A stretch of DNA of 47,968 nt from an uncultured Gammaproteobacteria bacterium (GCA_964439885.1 CAYTPE010000003.1:1-47968); one strand, 5' to 3'. Counted from the first letter of the stretch, positions 1 to 8,967 are shown. The notes: generated from the sequence alone by a model not told the origin. Made by a program: numbers and translations.

Positions 1-139
1 CAATGCACGTACTGTACTACAGCGTGAATGGATAGACAAGGGTAAATTATTTTGGTACAGTAGTGGCGTTATAAAACCATAAACTCAGATATCAAATTGT
101 TTAGGGTTTAGAAATTAGGATTTAGAATTTGAATCATAT

Positions 140-1087
140 ATGTCAGTCCTTATCTCCGGCTCTCTCGTCTACGATCACATCATGAATTTTCCTGATGCGT
201 TCAAAAACCACATTCTGCCCGACCAGATCCATATTCTGAACGTGGCGTTTATGATCGATAAGCTGGAAAAAAGTTGGGGCGGCACCGCCGGCAATATTGC
301 CTATAATCTAAAACTCCTTGGTGGCGAACCGCTGATCATTTCCACAGTCGGAAACGATGCCGACAGCTATCTCAGCCACTTTAAGAAAAACAATATTGCA
401 ACGAACCTCATTACCACTGACGAAAAACGCCCCACTGCTTCCGCATTTATTACCACCGATAATGAGGACAATCAAATTATCGCCTTCTACGGTGGCCCGC
501 TCGACAGCACTCCAGCTATTAAAGTCGACCCCGCAAACCGACCGTCTCTGGTGCTTGTGAGCCCTACCTATAAAGAAGTAATGAAAAATCACTTGAAGCA
601 GGCCAAGGAGCAAGGGCTCACCGTAGTTTTCGACCCCGGCCAACAGCTTCCGGCTTTTAGTGGCGACGAGCTCAAAAGCATGATTGCTCTTTCGGATATC
701 GTGATCGGCAATGATTATGAAATGAAACTACTGCAAGAGCGAACGGGGTATACTGCCCAAAACATGCTCGAGCATGCCACAATGATTATTACGACGCTCG
801 GCGAGCGTGGGTCGGCAATTGCCACGAAAGACGGCGTCACAGAAGTCGCTGCCTGCCCCCCACTCTCGGTGGACGATCCCACCGGCGCGGGTGACGCCTA
901 TCGCGCCGGCTTTTTCTTTGGATATGAAAAAGGGTTAGATCTTAAAACCTGCGGCCAAATTGGCTCCGTGGCAGCCAGCTTCACTATCGAAAGCTACGGC
1001 ACTCAGAACCATACTTTTTCCAAAGAACAATTTGCCGAGCGATACAAGAAGACATACGCTGAAGAATTTGAATTTGATTTTAAATAA
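140..1087 (+). CDS. PfkB-family kinase, adenosine-kinase-like
   Basis: 315-aa ORF with the GGTAGNIAYNL di-Gly region and the C-terminal DPTGAGDAYRAGFFFG PfkB signature. It is collinear with bacterial adenosine kinases as I recall them. ahcY lies nearby. Confidence 0.85.
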   Translation: MSVLISGSLVYDHIMNFPDAFKNHILPDQIHILNVAFMIDKLEKSWGGTAGNIAYNLKLLGGEPLIISTVGNDADSYLSHFKKNNIATNLITTDEKRPTASAFITTDNEDNQIIAFYGGPLDSTPAIKVDPANRPSLVLVSPTYKEVMKNHLKQAKEQGLTVVFDPGQQLPAFSGDELKSMIALSDIVIGNDYEMKLLQERTGYTAQNMLEHATMIITTLGERGSAIATKDGVTEVAACPPLSVDDPTGAGDAYRAGFFFGYEKGLDLKTCGQIGSVAASFTIESYGTQNHTFSKEQFAERYKKTYAEEFEFDFK

Positions 1088-1159
1088 CAATTAACAATCC
1101 CGCTTCTGTTCGTTACTCGTTGCTAATTGCTCATTGCCCCTATTCGTTGTTAATTTTGT

Positions 1160-1756
1160 ATGCACAAAGTTCTGCGCACCCTCATTTTATCCGACCTGTT
1201 CATCATGAGTAGTTTCGGTTTGGTGCAACCTATTTTTGCGGTCTTTATTTTAAAGAATATCACTGGCGCGTCCATCGCGGCTGTGGGCATCGCGGCCACG
1301 GTAGCTCTGTTCGCTCGCGCGAGCTTCCAAATACTCGTGAGCCGCTGGACCGACGCGGAAAAAGGTAATTGTCGCGAACTCTACACACTCGTTGTCGGAT
1401 CGTTTATCATCTGCGCGGTGCCAGTTGGATATATGTTCGTTCACTCACTCCCTGGTTTGTATTTAATGCAATTTATGTACGGGCTAGGCCAAGCGCTTTC
1501 CTACCCGAGTTGGCGTGTTATCTTTGGCAACTATGCTCGGCGCGAGCATATTGGGTATGAATGGAGTGTATATGATACCGTTATTAACTTCGGTGTGGCC
1601 GCCGCCGCCGCGCTCGGCGGTTACTTTGCTGAACAGTTTTCCTTTGAAGCTCTCTTTTTGGTGGTGGCGGCAATTTCTCTGGTGGGAACGAGTTTCCTTA
1701 TCATGATTTTCCAGCAAGAATATACGTGTCGAATACATTTTAAAAAATCTCTTTAA
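1160..1756 (+). CDS. Half-size (about 6-TM) MFS-like membrane protein
   Basis: 198-aa hydrophobic ORF with an MFS motif-A-like loop (VSRWTDAEKGNCR). There is no room upstream for a second six-helix half. Confidence 0.6.
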   Translation: MHKVLRTLILSDLFIMSSFGLVQPIFAVFILKNITGASIAAVGIAATVALFARASFQILVSRWTDAEKGNCRELYTLVVGSFIICAVPVGYMFVHSLPGLYLMQFMYGLGQALSYPSWRVIFGNYARREHIGYEWSVYDTVINFGVAAAAALGGYFAEQFSFEALFLVVAAISLVGTSFLIMIFQQEYTCRIHFKKSL

Positions 1757-1807
1757 CTCACAAGCAACTAATATAAGAAACAATAAATTTGTAACTCCCT
1801 TGAATAT

Positions 1808-2386
1808 ATGCCTAATCCAGAACAAGATGCCCCGCAATTTGGGCAGTCGTCTTTGATTGACACGGTCAATCTTGATGATATGGTTGACTTGCTTTCTGAA
1901 GGAGCGCTGCCAGATACCGATGATATACGCGATAAGTACCCGCAAATTCTTGAAGAGATTAAACCTCGATTTCGCAACGCACGGTTACTCAGCGCTTTTG
2001 TTGCCAAAGCAGATTCTGCCATTGCTCACTATAAAATTTCGCCAGAGCGTTTATCGAGAGCCAAACAAATATTGGCATTTATCAATGGGAGTTTAGCTCA
2101 ACTGGAGTATGAACAAAGAATAATCGAGGTGGCACACAGTAGCGCTTGGGAGGCAACTATGGAGACGTTATACTCGCCTCACGAAAGAGCACAGCGGAAC
2201 ACATCCGGAGATCCAGAACATCCCATTAGCCCACAGATGGTCGTCAAAGCAAATCAACGCACAAAACGTGTAAAAGAGAATTTCTTGTCCGGAATCGCCT
2301 TAGTACTATATGGAAATTTAGGCAGAGCGGAAGACGAAATAAAAGAGTGGCAACGGGAGAATCCCAATTTCATTCCTCAAAATTAG
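1808..2386 (+). CDS. Hypothetical acidic soluble protein
   Basis: 192-aa ORF, the only long frame here. I recognised no motif. Confidence 0.55.
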   Translation: MPNPEQDAPQFGQSSLIDTVNLDDMVDLLSEGALPDTDDIRDKYPQILEEIKPRFRNARLLSAFVAKADSAIAHYKISPERLSRAKQILAFINGSLAQLEYEQRIIEVAHSSAWEATMETLYSPHERAQRNTSGDPEHPISPQMVVKANQRTKRVKENFLSGIALVLYGNLGRAEDEIKEWQRENPNFIPQN

Positions 2387-2434
2387 TTATTGATTTAATA
2401 AAATATATTTTTTTAGATTCACATTTAAAATACT

Positions 2435-3736
2435 ATGAAAAATGACTTTAAAGTTGCTGACATCACCCTTGCCGCCTGGGGCCGTAAAGAAATCATCTTA
2501 GCCGAAAAAGAAATGCCCGGCCTGATGGCTTTGCGCAAGCGTTTTAAGGGCAGAAAGCCGCTCAAAGGAGCGCGCATTGCTGGTTGTTTGCATATGACCA
2601 TCCAGACCGCCGTGCTCATCGAGACGTTGGTAGATCTCGGTGCCGACGTGCGCTGGAGTAGCTGCAACATCTTTTCCACACAAGACCACGCGGCGGCGGC
2701 TATCGCCAAAGCGGGCATCCCAGTATTTGCTTGGAAAGGTGAAACTGAAGAAGATTACTGGTGGTGTGTGGAAGAGTCTCTTAAATTCAAGGACGGCAAA
2801 GGGCCGAATATGCTGCTCGATGATGGTGGCGACCTCACGCTCGTTATTCACGAAAAACACCCGCAGATGATGAACGATATTCGTGGTGTCTCCGAAGAAA
2901 CCACTACCGGCGTGCACCGACTCTACGAGATGATGAAAAAAGGAACGCTCGGTATGGCATCCATTAACGTGAACGATTCGGTAACGAAATCAAAGTTTGA
3001 TAATAAATACGGCTGCCGCGAATCACTCGCTGACGGGATCAAACGCGCTACCGATATTATGATCGCCGGAAAAACCGTAGTCGTAGCCGGCTTTGGCGAT
3101 GTGGGCAAAGGTTGTGCTCAGAGCATGCGTGGCTTTGGTGCGCGCGTGCTGGTAACCGAAATCGACCCAATCAACGCGCTACAGGCTGCCATGGAAGGCT
3201 ACGAGGTAGTTACCATGGAAGAGGCCGCGCCGATGGCTGATATTTTCGTGACAGCCACCGGCTGCTGCGATGTGGTGACAGGTAAACACATGACCGCGAT
3301 GAAAGATGGAGCGATTGTGTGTAACATCGGCCACTTCGACAGCGAAATCGATATGGCGTGGCTGACAAAACAAAAAAATGTTAAAGAGGAAAATATCAAG
3401 CCTCAGGTAGATAAATTTACTTTCTCAAATGGTAAATCAATCATAGTACTCTCGCGTGGTCGCCTCGTTAATCTTGGCAACGCGCACGGCCACCCCAGCT
3501 TCGTGATGAGCACCAGCTTTACCAACCAAGTGCTCGCTCAACTTGCTCTATGGAACAACAAAGGGGAATACAAAAAAGGCGTCGTGTACGTGCTGCCCAA
3601 AGCCCTTGATGAAGAAGTGGCGCGCCTGCATCTGGATAAATTGAATGTTAAACTTACAACACTCACCAAAAAGCAAGCTGAGTATCTCAGTGTGACAGTT
3701 GGTGGTCCTTATAAACCGGAACACTATCGCTACTAA
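2435..3736 (+). CDS. ahcY: Adenosylhomocysteinase
   Basis: 433 aa. It starts [17 protein letters not shown], has the NAD-binding [15 protein letters not shown] motif and ends with the conserved ...[10 protein letters not shown] tail. Confidence 0.96.
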   Translation: MKNDFKVADITLAAWGRKEIILAEKEMPGLMALRKRFKGRKPLKGARIAGCLHMTIQTAVLIETLVDLGADVRWSSCNIFSTQDHAAAAIAKAGIPVFAWKGETEEDYWWCVEESLKFKDGKGPNMLLDDGGDLTLVIHEKHPQMMNDIRGVSEETTTGVHRLYEMMKKGTLGMASINVNDSVTKSKFDNKYGCRESLADGIKRATDIMIAGKTVVVAGFGDVGKGCAQSMRGFGARVLVTEIDPINALQAAMEGYEVVTMEEAAPMADIFVTATGCCDVVTGKHMTAMKDGAIVCNIGHFDSEIDMAWLTKQKNVKEENIKPQVDKFTFSNGKSIIVLSRGRLVNLGNAHGHPSFVMSTSFTNQVLAQLALWNNKGEYKKGVVYVLPKALDEEVARLHLDKLNVKLTTLTKKQAEYLSVTVGGPYKPEHYRY

Positions 3737-3738
3737 GT

Positions 3739-4590
3739 ATGACTATTGATAGTGAGCACCCAGGCATACAGGCCGCGCGCGAGATGGCGTTAGAAAAAAA
3801 TAGAACCGATTTAAATAGAAAACGAGCTGTAATGATGGCAGGAGTTTTTAATGGCCGCTGCAACGCTGACGAAGCGGCCGCATACCTCGACCGTATCAGT
3901 CCAGCTTATAAAGCTTTTTTGGAAAAATACGGTGCACGTGGCGGTTTTATTCTGGTTGAATCTTTAAACACCGCCTTGGATGAGAAAATTTTAGGAAGAA
4001 GGTTTCATCAGGTAATGTGCTTCGAATACCAGGATGAGATGAACGAAAAGTTGGAAGAGAAATTCGGTTCAGACATAGAGTCTGACACGGCTGAGATTAA
4101 TATGTTCCGTCGATTTGTTGATGATTTGCGCGCCCAACTTTTGTACGCTCATTACCTCAATATTCAGGAAGCGCTTGATAAGGTTAAGTGGAAATTCGTC
4201 ATCAATCTAGAAAAATTTTTGAGAGTTAATGACATTCCGATCCCGGGAAAATTCCGTTTATATGTACCTGCTGAGGAACGAGAGCGGTATGAGTCGGATA
4301 TATTGACTGAACAAAAACTTGATCAGATATTGTCTGCCTATATACAAGGTTCTTTAAAAAGAAGGGGTCAGGATGAAGCGGATCTATTGCACGAAGGAAC
4401 GCATCCACTTTTTGCCCATCGTATGGCTAGAACTATTAACGACACTGTGGAACGAGAAGCGCTTGAAGCAGGAAAGATGGGCATGAATCGGGAAGCCGCA
4501 CTACTTACCGAACTCCTGGAAGAATTCGACGACCCCCGCGTAATAGTTGATATAATCGCCGATTATGCAAAAGAAAATTCACCGATTTAA
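3739..4590 (+). CDS. Hypothetical protein translationally coupled to ahcY
   Basis: 283-aa ORF that starts 3 nt after the ahcY stop. I recognised no motif. Confidence 0.6.
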   Translation: MTIDSEHPGIQAAREMALEKNRTDLNRKRAVMMAGVFNGRCNADEAAAYLDRISPAYKAFLEKYGARGGFILVESLNTALDEKILGRRFHQVMCFEYQDEMNEKLEEKFGSDIESDTAEINMFRRFVDDLRAQLLYAHYLNIQEALDKVKWKFVINLEKFLRVNDIPIPGKFRLYVPAEERERYESDILTEQKLDQILSAYIQGSLKRRGQDEADLLHEGTHPLFAHRMARTINDTVEREALEAGKMGMNREAALLTELLEEFDDPRVIVDIIADYAKENSPI

Positions 4591-4595
4591 CGCCT

Positions 4596-6008
4596 ATGGT
4601 TTTTACCATTTACCTTATATACGGTCTCATTTTTGCTTTTCTTGCGTGGAAACGATTTCCCTGGGCAGTCTATATTTTGATTGCGACTTTGCCAGTCTAC
4701 CTGATTCGCTTTTCCATTGGCCCCCTGCCGTCCACGCTTCTTGAGCTCAACTTCGGCATTATATTTGCAATCTGGCTCATCAAATACGCCCGCACCGACG
4801 TATCTCGTATCTCACATCTCATATCTCATCACAAAATATTATCTACTGCTTACTGCTTACTGCTTACTTCGTCCTTCATTTCCATCTTCTTCTCCGTCGA
4901 CCGTTTCGCCGCCCTCGGCATCTGGCGCGCCTTTTTTCTTGAACCAATGATTTTCTTCGTTATGTTGGTCGGACGTTTCACCGCCTCCCCTTACGAAGGG
5001 GAGGTCGGGTGGGGTTTACCATCATTTACGTCCAGTCCCACACTTTCCGTGAAGGCAACTACCACACCTACCCCCTCCTTCGAAAGGAGGGGAAATATAA
5101 TAATTCTGTGGTCCCTGATTGTCGCATCCTTACCTGTCAGCCTACTCGCTATTCTGCAAAAAATCACCGGCAGTTTTTTCCCGCCCAGCCTTTGGGACGA
5201 CTACCTCTTTGGCCGTGTCACATCATTTTTTACCTCCCCCAACGCCGTCGGCCTTTTCCTCGAACCGATCTTTTTTATTAATCTATACTTAATTGCTCAG
5301 AAATGGAAAGAGTTGAAAATGGATAAAAGCAAAAAAAACAAAATTTTAATCTCAATCTTAATCTTTAGTCTTTTGTCTTTATTCTTTTCGATTGCGTTCA
5401 CCCTCTCTGTCGGCACCTGGCTTGGCATTACGGTTGGACTGCTCGTGTTGATCTTTCTGCTCGGCTGGAAAAAAATATCGATCGCTATTATCGTACTCAC
5501 CATTCTGGCCGCTTTCTTTTTACCGCCACTGCACAAAGTGCTACTCTCCAAAAGCCAATCCACCACCAACCGTTTCGCGCTATGGAGTTATTCGTGGGAA
5601 TATCTGTCGGCTGCCCCCAGCCACTTTGTCTTTGGCAGCGGATTGCGCAGCTTTTTTGAGCATGTGCAAGCGCCACATTACAACCCACGCAAACTCGAAG
5701 CACTCACCTACCCACACAACATCATCCTGAATTTTTGGACCGAAGCCGGCCTCGTCGGCGCCGTCGCTTTTCTCACCCTATATTTCTGTCTATCGCTTAT
5801 CGCCTATCGCCTCTACCGCCACACCGATCGTCTCCTTGGTGCCATCTTTTTTTCACTCTTGATTGCCTACTTCGTCCACGGGCTGATTGACGTTCCGTAC
5901 TTCAAAAACGACTTATCGATGTTATTTTGGATTCTTGCCTCGCTTGTCATCGCGAGTCCCGCCAAAGCGGGGCGTGGCGATCCCCTTGGTTGCAGAACCT
6001 ACCGTTGA
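4596..6008 (+). CDS. O-antigen ligase/polymerase family (Wzy_C-like) membrane protein
   Basis: 470-aa polytopic protein with the YPHNIILNFWTEAGLVG motif typical of Wzy_C/O-antigen ligase domains. It contains internal DNA repeats and two palindromic inserts. Confidence 0.8.
   Translation: MVFTIYLIYGLIFAFLAWKRFPWAVYILIATLPVYLIRFSIGPLPSTLLELNFGIIFAIWLIKYARTDVSRISHLISHHKILSTAYCLLLTSSFISIFFSVDRFAALGIWRAFFLEPMIFFVMLVGRFTASPYEGEVGWGLPSFTSSPTLSVKATTTPTPSFERRGNIIILWSLIVASLPVSLLAILQKITGSFFPPSLWDDYLFGRVTSFFTSPNAVGLFLEPIFFINLYLIAQKWKELKMDKSKKNKILISILIFSLLSLFFSIAFTLSVGTWLGITVGLLVLIFLLGWKKISIAIIVLTILAAFFLPPLHKVLLSKSQSTTNRFALWSYSWEYLSAAPSHFVFGSGLRSFFEHVQAPHYNPRKLEALTYPHNIILNFWTEAGLVGAVAFLTLYFCLSLIAYRLYRHTDRLLGAIFFSLLIAYFVHGLIDVPYFKNDLSMLFWILASLVIASPAKAGRGDPLGCRTYR
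4984..5092. mobile_element. MITE-like ~109-bp palindromic element inserted in-frame in the ligase gene
   Basis: Terminal ~32-bp inverted repeats: cctccccttacgaaggggaggtcgggtggggt at 4984-5015, versus the reverse complement of 5061-5092 (cccctcctttcgaaggagggggtaggtgtggt). Each arm holds its own 9-bp hairpin. Confidence 0.5.
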
Positions 6009-6056
6009 TAACGGAGGGATTGCGACGTCGCTCCTAAGTCACTCCTCGCAATGACA
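5945..6056. repeat. GTCAT...ATGAC-type ~112-bp palindromic repeat overlapping the ligase 3' end
   Basis: The left arm tgtcatcgcgag...cgtggcgatcc mirrors the right arm ggattgcgacg...ctcgcaatgaca. The element supplies the last ~20 codons and the stop codon. Confidence 0.5.
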
Positions 6057-6068
6057 CGTTAAATTGCT

Positions 6069-6569
6069 ATGTACACTTTTTTTAATTTATTTTTCGCTCC
6101 CGGTGTCATGCTCCACGAGCTGGCGCACGCCCTTTTTTGCCTTCTCGCGGGTGTCAAAATCTTTAAAATTAAACTATTTCAGTTCGACAAGGTTGCTGGG
6201 TATGTTACCCATGAGGAGCCAAAAAAATTTTTACAAAGTTTGCTTATTTCGTTTGGACCGATTCTCGTCAATACACTCGTGAGTCTCGTATGTTTTTCTC
6301 GATTTTATAGGCCCTATAACCGCATTGAGCCGTGGCTCCTACTCTGGCTTGGCGTTGCCAGCGGTCTGCACGCCATACCGTCCGATGGCGACGCGGACAC
6401 ACTGCTCTCTACTATTAACGCACGGATTTGGCGCAATCCGCTGGTCGCTGTCGGGTATCCGTTCGTTCTGCTTCTCTATATACTCAATTTTCTCAAACGC
6501 TGGCGCGCGGATTTCGTTCTCACCCTCGTGCTCTTCTGGCTGGGCGCCTACTATTTAAAAACAAAATAA
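6069..6569 (+). CDS. Membrane protein with an HExxH motif (putative zincin-like peptidase)
   Basis: 166 aa with an N-terminal HELAHALF motif followed by several hydrophobic helices. Confidence 0.6.
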   Translation: MYTFFNLFFAPGVMLHELAHALFCLLAGVKIFKIKLFQFDKVAGYVTHEEPKKFLQSLLISFGPILVNTLVSLVCFSRFYRPYNRIEPWLLLWLGVASGLHAIPSDGDADTLLSTINARIWRNPLVAVGYPFVLLLYILNFLKRWRADFVLTLVLFWLGAYYLKTK

Positions 6570-6600
6570 CTCTCGGACAGAGAGTTATTTTAAATTACTT

Positions 6601-7035
6601 TTATTCTTCGTGATGTTTTTTGAATCGGCTATCATCGAGAGTGAGCAGCAAAAGCATGAGTATCGTTGACCCGACCGCGAGAATGTAATAGCCTGTGCCC
6701 ACTGCCATACCAATTCCCGCTGCTGCCCAGAGACCGGCTGCCGTGGTAAGACCGTGTACCCGATCGTCTTTTTTGTCGTCCCGGTGGAAGATAAGCCCGG
6801 CACCAAGAAAACCAATACCCACTACGATGTTCGATGCGACACGAGCGGCTTCACTCTCGCCAAACGCGTGGATCGAAAGTATCGTGAAGAGTGCTGAACC
6901 CGCCACCACGAGCGCGTGCGTGCGCGGCCCGGCTGGTTTGCCCCAACGTTCACGCTGCCACCCAATAATGCTACCGAGGGCCATGGCGAGTAAAATCTGG
7001 GCGAGATAGGTGTATTCCGGTGTGTACATACGCAA
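6601..7035 (-). CDS. MgtC/SapB family membrane protein
   Basis: 144 aa. LAMALGSIIGWQRERWGKPAGPRTHALV is the typical MgtC N-terminal domain. Confidence 0.85.
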   Translation of the reverse strand: MRMYTPEYTYLAQILLAMALGSIIGWQRERWGKPAGPRTHALVVAGSALFTILSIHAFGESEAARVASNIVVGIGFLGAGLIFHRDDKKDDRVHGLTTAAGLWAAAGIGMAVGTGYYILAVGSTILMLLLLTLDDSRFKKHHEE

Positions 7036-7121
7036 ATAAATTGTGTGTTGATAAATTGCTGCTCCTAGTATACTCCCCTTTGACTTATTTGTGAATTTCT
7101 GCTAAAATCAATATCGTTCAT

Positions 7122-7149
7122 TTGACATTGGAAATTAGGATTTTGAAAT
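7122..7149 (+). promoter_or_regulatory. Putative promoter of tRNA-Ala(TGC): TTGACA-16 nt-TGAAAT
   Basis: TTGACA at 7122-7127 and TGAAAT at 7144-7149, 9 nt before the mature tRNA 5' end. The same block precedes the tRNA at 44995. Confidence 0.45.
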
Positions 7150-7158
7150 TTTCGAAAC

Positions 7159-7231
7159 GGGCCAGTAGCTCAGTTGGTAGAGCAGTGCTTTTGCAAAGCA
7201 AAGGTCAGCGGTTCAAATCCGCTCTGGTCCA
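7159..7231 (+). tRNA. tRNA-Ala (anticodon TGC)
   Basis: Hand-folded cloverleaf. Acceptor gggccag/ctggtcc with G3:U70, D arm gctc/gagc, anticodon loop tttgcaa, T arm agcgg-ttcaaat-ccgct. Confidence 0.9.
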
Positions 7232-7262
7232 CAAAAAAACACAACAATATAGTTGGGTTTTT

Positions 7263-8063
7263 TTATTTCGCCGCAAAAAACTTCAACTTCAACTTCGCAT
7301 TATCGGTCCTCAGTCCCACCGGACCCTTCATTTTTTTCATCACACTCTCTACCGACCCTTGCCACACTTCTTTTCCATCAGCCCATACATTCAACATATT
7401 CTGCGCGTCAATCTGCGCCTCGAGCGTGTGTGTCTGCCCTTCGGCAACAGCTGGCACTGTCACTGATTCCGCAGGCTTTATAACGGTATACCCGTCCGCT
7501 CCACAATTTTCAAAATTTGCCTTTCCATTATTATATTTTTCCAAAACTTCCAACCGCTGGTTCGGCGCAAACTGCCACGAAACATATAGCGTGTTGCACA
7601 GATCCTGCGCGAGCAGCTTGAGCGCTACTTGCCGACGCTCTTCGCCATTTGCCAATGGCGCAGTAGACTCCGATGGCCCTTGGTAGGTAAATATTACTTT
7701 GGCGTGCTGCTCTACCACTTGTGGCGCGGTGGCGCGGATGGTGGGGTTGGTAATAGAAATCTCACCATCTTTGAGCTCTGTAAATTCGTCGGCCGTGGAT
7801 ACAAGCGAACCGAAAGGGATTTGATGAAGGCTCGTTTGTGCTATTTGAGACGACTGTGAAACATTTTGAGGTTTGGTTGCGAGCGTAGACGTTGTTGGGG
7901 CGGCGGCTAACTTGTGCGGCCGGCGGAATCGCTCCAAAACGGTTCTAAAGGGTGGCGCTACTCTACCGCTTTTGAATACGATACTCTTTCCGGGGCAAAA
8001 TGGCAGCATCGATACCATAAGCAAACCCGGTGCAAACATGCGTACTTTGGTGCGTAGCTGCAT
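7263..8063 (-). CDS. Hypothetical exported protein
   Basis: 266-aa ORF. The C-terminal ~170 aa is beta-rich (…GPVGLRTDNAKLKLKFF), possibly a lectin/jelly-roll-like fold. The start codon is uncertain. Confidence 0.5.
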   Translation of the reverse strand: MQLRTKVRMFAPGLLMVSMLPFCPGKSIVFKSGRVAPPFRTVLERFRRPHKLAAAPTTSTLATKPQNVSQSSQIAQTSLHQIPFGSLVSTADEFTELKDGEISITNPTIRATAPQVVEQHAKVIFTYQGPSESTAPLANGEERRQVALKLLAQDLCNTLYVSWQFAPNQRLEVLEKYNNGKANFENCGADGYTVIKPAESVTVPAVAEGQTHTLEAQIDAQNMLNVWADGKEVWQGSVESVMKKMKGPVGLRTDNAKLKLKFFAAK

Positions 8064-8193
8064 ATGCGTTGTGATAAGAATTAACGTATATAGGTACCAT
8101 AGCCTGATGTGTAGAAATTAGTCAAATAATGGCTTGTTATGGTCATTTTTTATTTAAATTTAGCCATTCTTGTCGCTGCGAAAAAAATATGTT

Positions 8194-8967
8194 ATGATGA
8201 AAACCCTCATCGATTTTATGAACCTCCCCGCTCACATCGCTATCATCCCCGACGGCAACCGCCGCTGGGCTACACAAAAGGGTCTCCCCTCATTTTTCGG
8301 TCACCGGGAAGGGGCTAAAACTACGGAAAAAGTCCTCACTCACGCCGTAGAAAAAGGCATCCCTTACATGACTTTCTGGGGCGCTTCGGTGGGCAATGTG
8401 ACCAAGCGGGAGCATAAAGAAGTTCAATTTCTTTTTAATCTCTTTACCAGCTACTTTAAAAAGATCGCCAAAGCCAAAATTATTCACAAAAATAAGGTGA
8501 ATATTCGGGTTTTGGGAGAATGGGAAAAATACTTTCCTGAAGAAACCAAAACCGCCATCAAGAGCGCCGTAGCCGCGACCAAAGACTACGATGCCTTCCA
8601 CCTCACCATTCTGCTCGCCTATAGTGGAACTATGGAAATGCTCACGGCCATAAACAGCCTACTGCTCCAGGCCTCAGTAGAGCGTAGCCATGTATCGTCT
8701 TCCGGACGCGTTCTATCGCGCGAGAGCTCTCCTTTCTTTGTGACCGAAGAGGAGCTCAAAAAACGTCTCTATACGGCACACCTACCGCCTGTTGACCTGG
8801 TAATCCGCACGGGCGGCGAACCGCATCTTTCTGCCGGATTTATGATGTGGGACATAGCCGAAGCGCAGCTTTTCTTCTCGAAACGACTCTGGCCCGACTT
8901 CTCTACCGACGAATTCGAAAAAGCGCTGTCAGTCTATGCCACTACTGAGCGGCGACTGGGAAAATAA
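8194..8967 (+). CDS. uppS: Isoprenyl transferase (undecaprenyl-diphosphate synthase family)
   Basis: HIAIIPDGNRRWA and RTGGEPHLSAGFMMW motifs. It has a ~30-aa Ser-rich insertion (VERSHVSSSGRVLSRESS). I chose the first in-frame ATG rather than the TTG at 8170. Confidence 0.9.
   Translation: MMKTLIDFMNLPAHIAIIPDGNRRWATQKGLPSFFGHREGAKTTEKVLTHAVEKGIPYMTFWGASVGNVTKREHKEVQFLFNLFTSYFKKIAKAKIIHKNKVNIRVLGEWEKYFPEETKTAIKSAVAATKDYDAFHLTILLAYSGTMEMLTAINSLLLQASVERSHVSSSGRVLSRESSPFFVTEEELKKRLYTAHLPPVDLVIRTGGEPHLSAGFMMWDIAEAQLFFSKRLWPDFSTDEFEKALSVYATTERRLGK

Noticed and set aside
4800-4870. The possibility that the short tandem repeats (here, 17103-17122, 26521-26541, 28686-28712, 46296-46322) form a CRISPR array.
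   Set aside because: The units are 6-9 nt and directly abutting, with no 25-40-nt spacers. No cas genes are present.
7122-7686. Plus-strand ORFs 7122-7466, 7174-7686 and 7253-7483.
   Set aside because: The first two read straight through tRNA-Ala(TGC), and the rest overlap the longer minus-strand ORF. Their products are low-complexity.
8650-8750. The Ser-rich ~30-aa insertion in UppS as another inserted palindromic element.
   Set aside because: I could not find convincing terminal inverted repeats in the DNA. I treat it as a lineage-specific loop.
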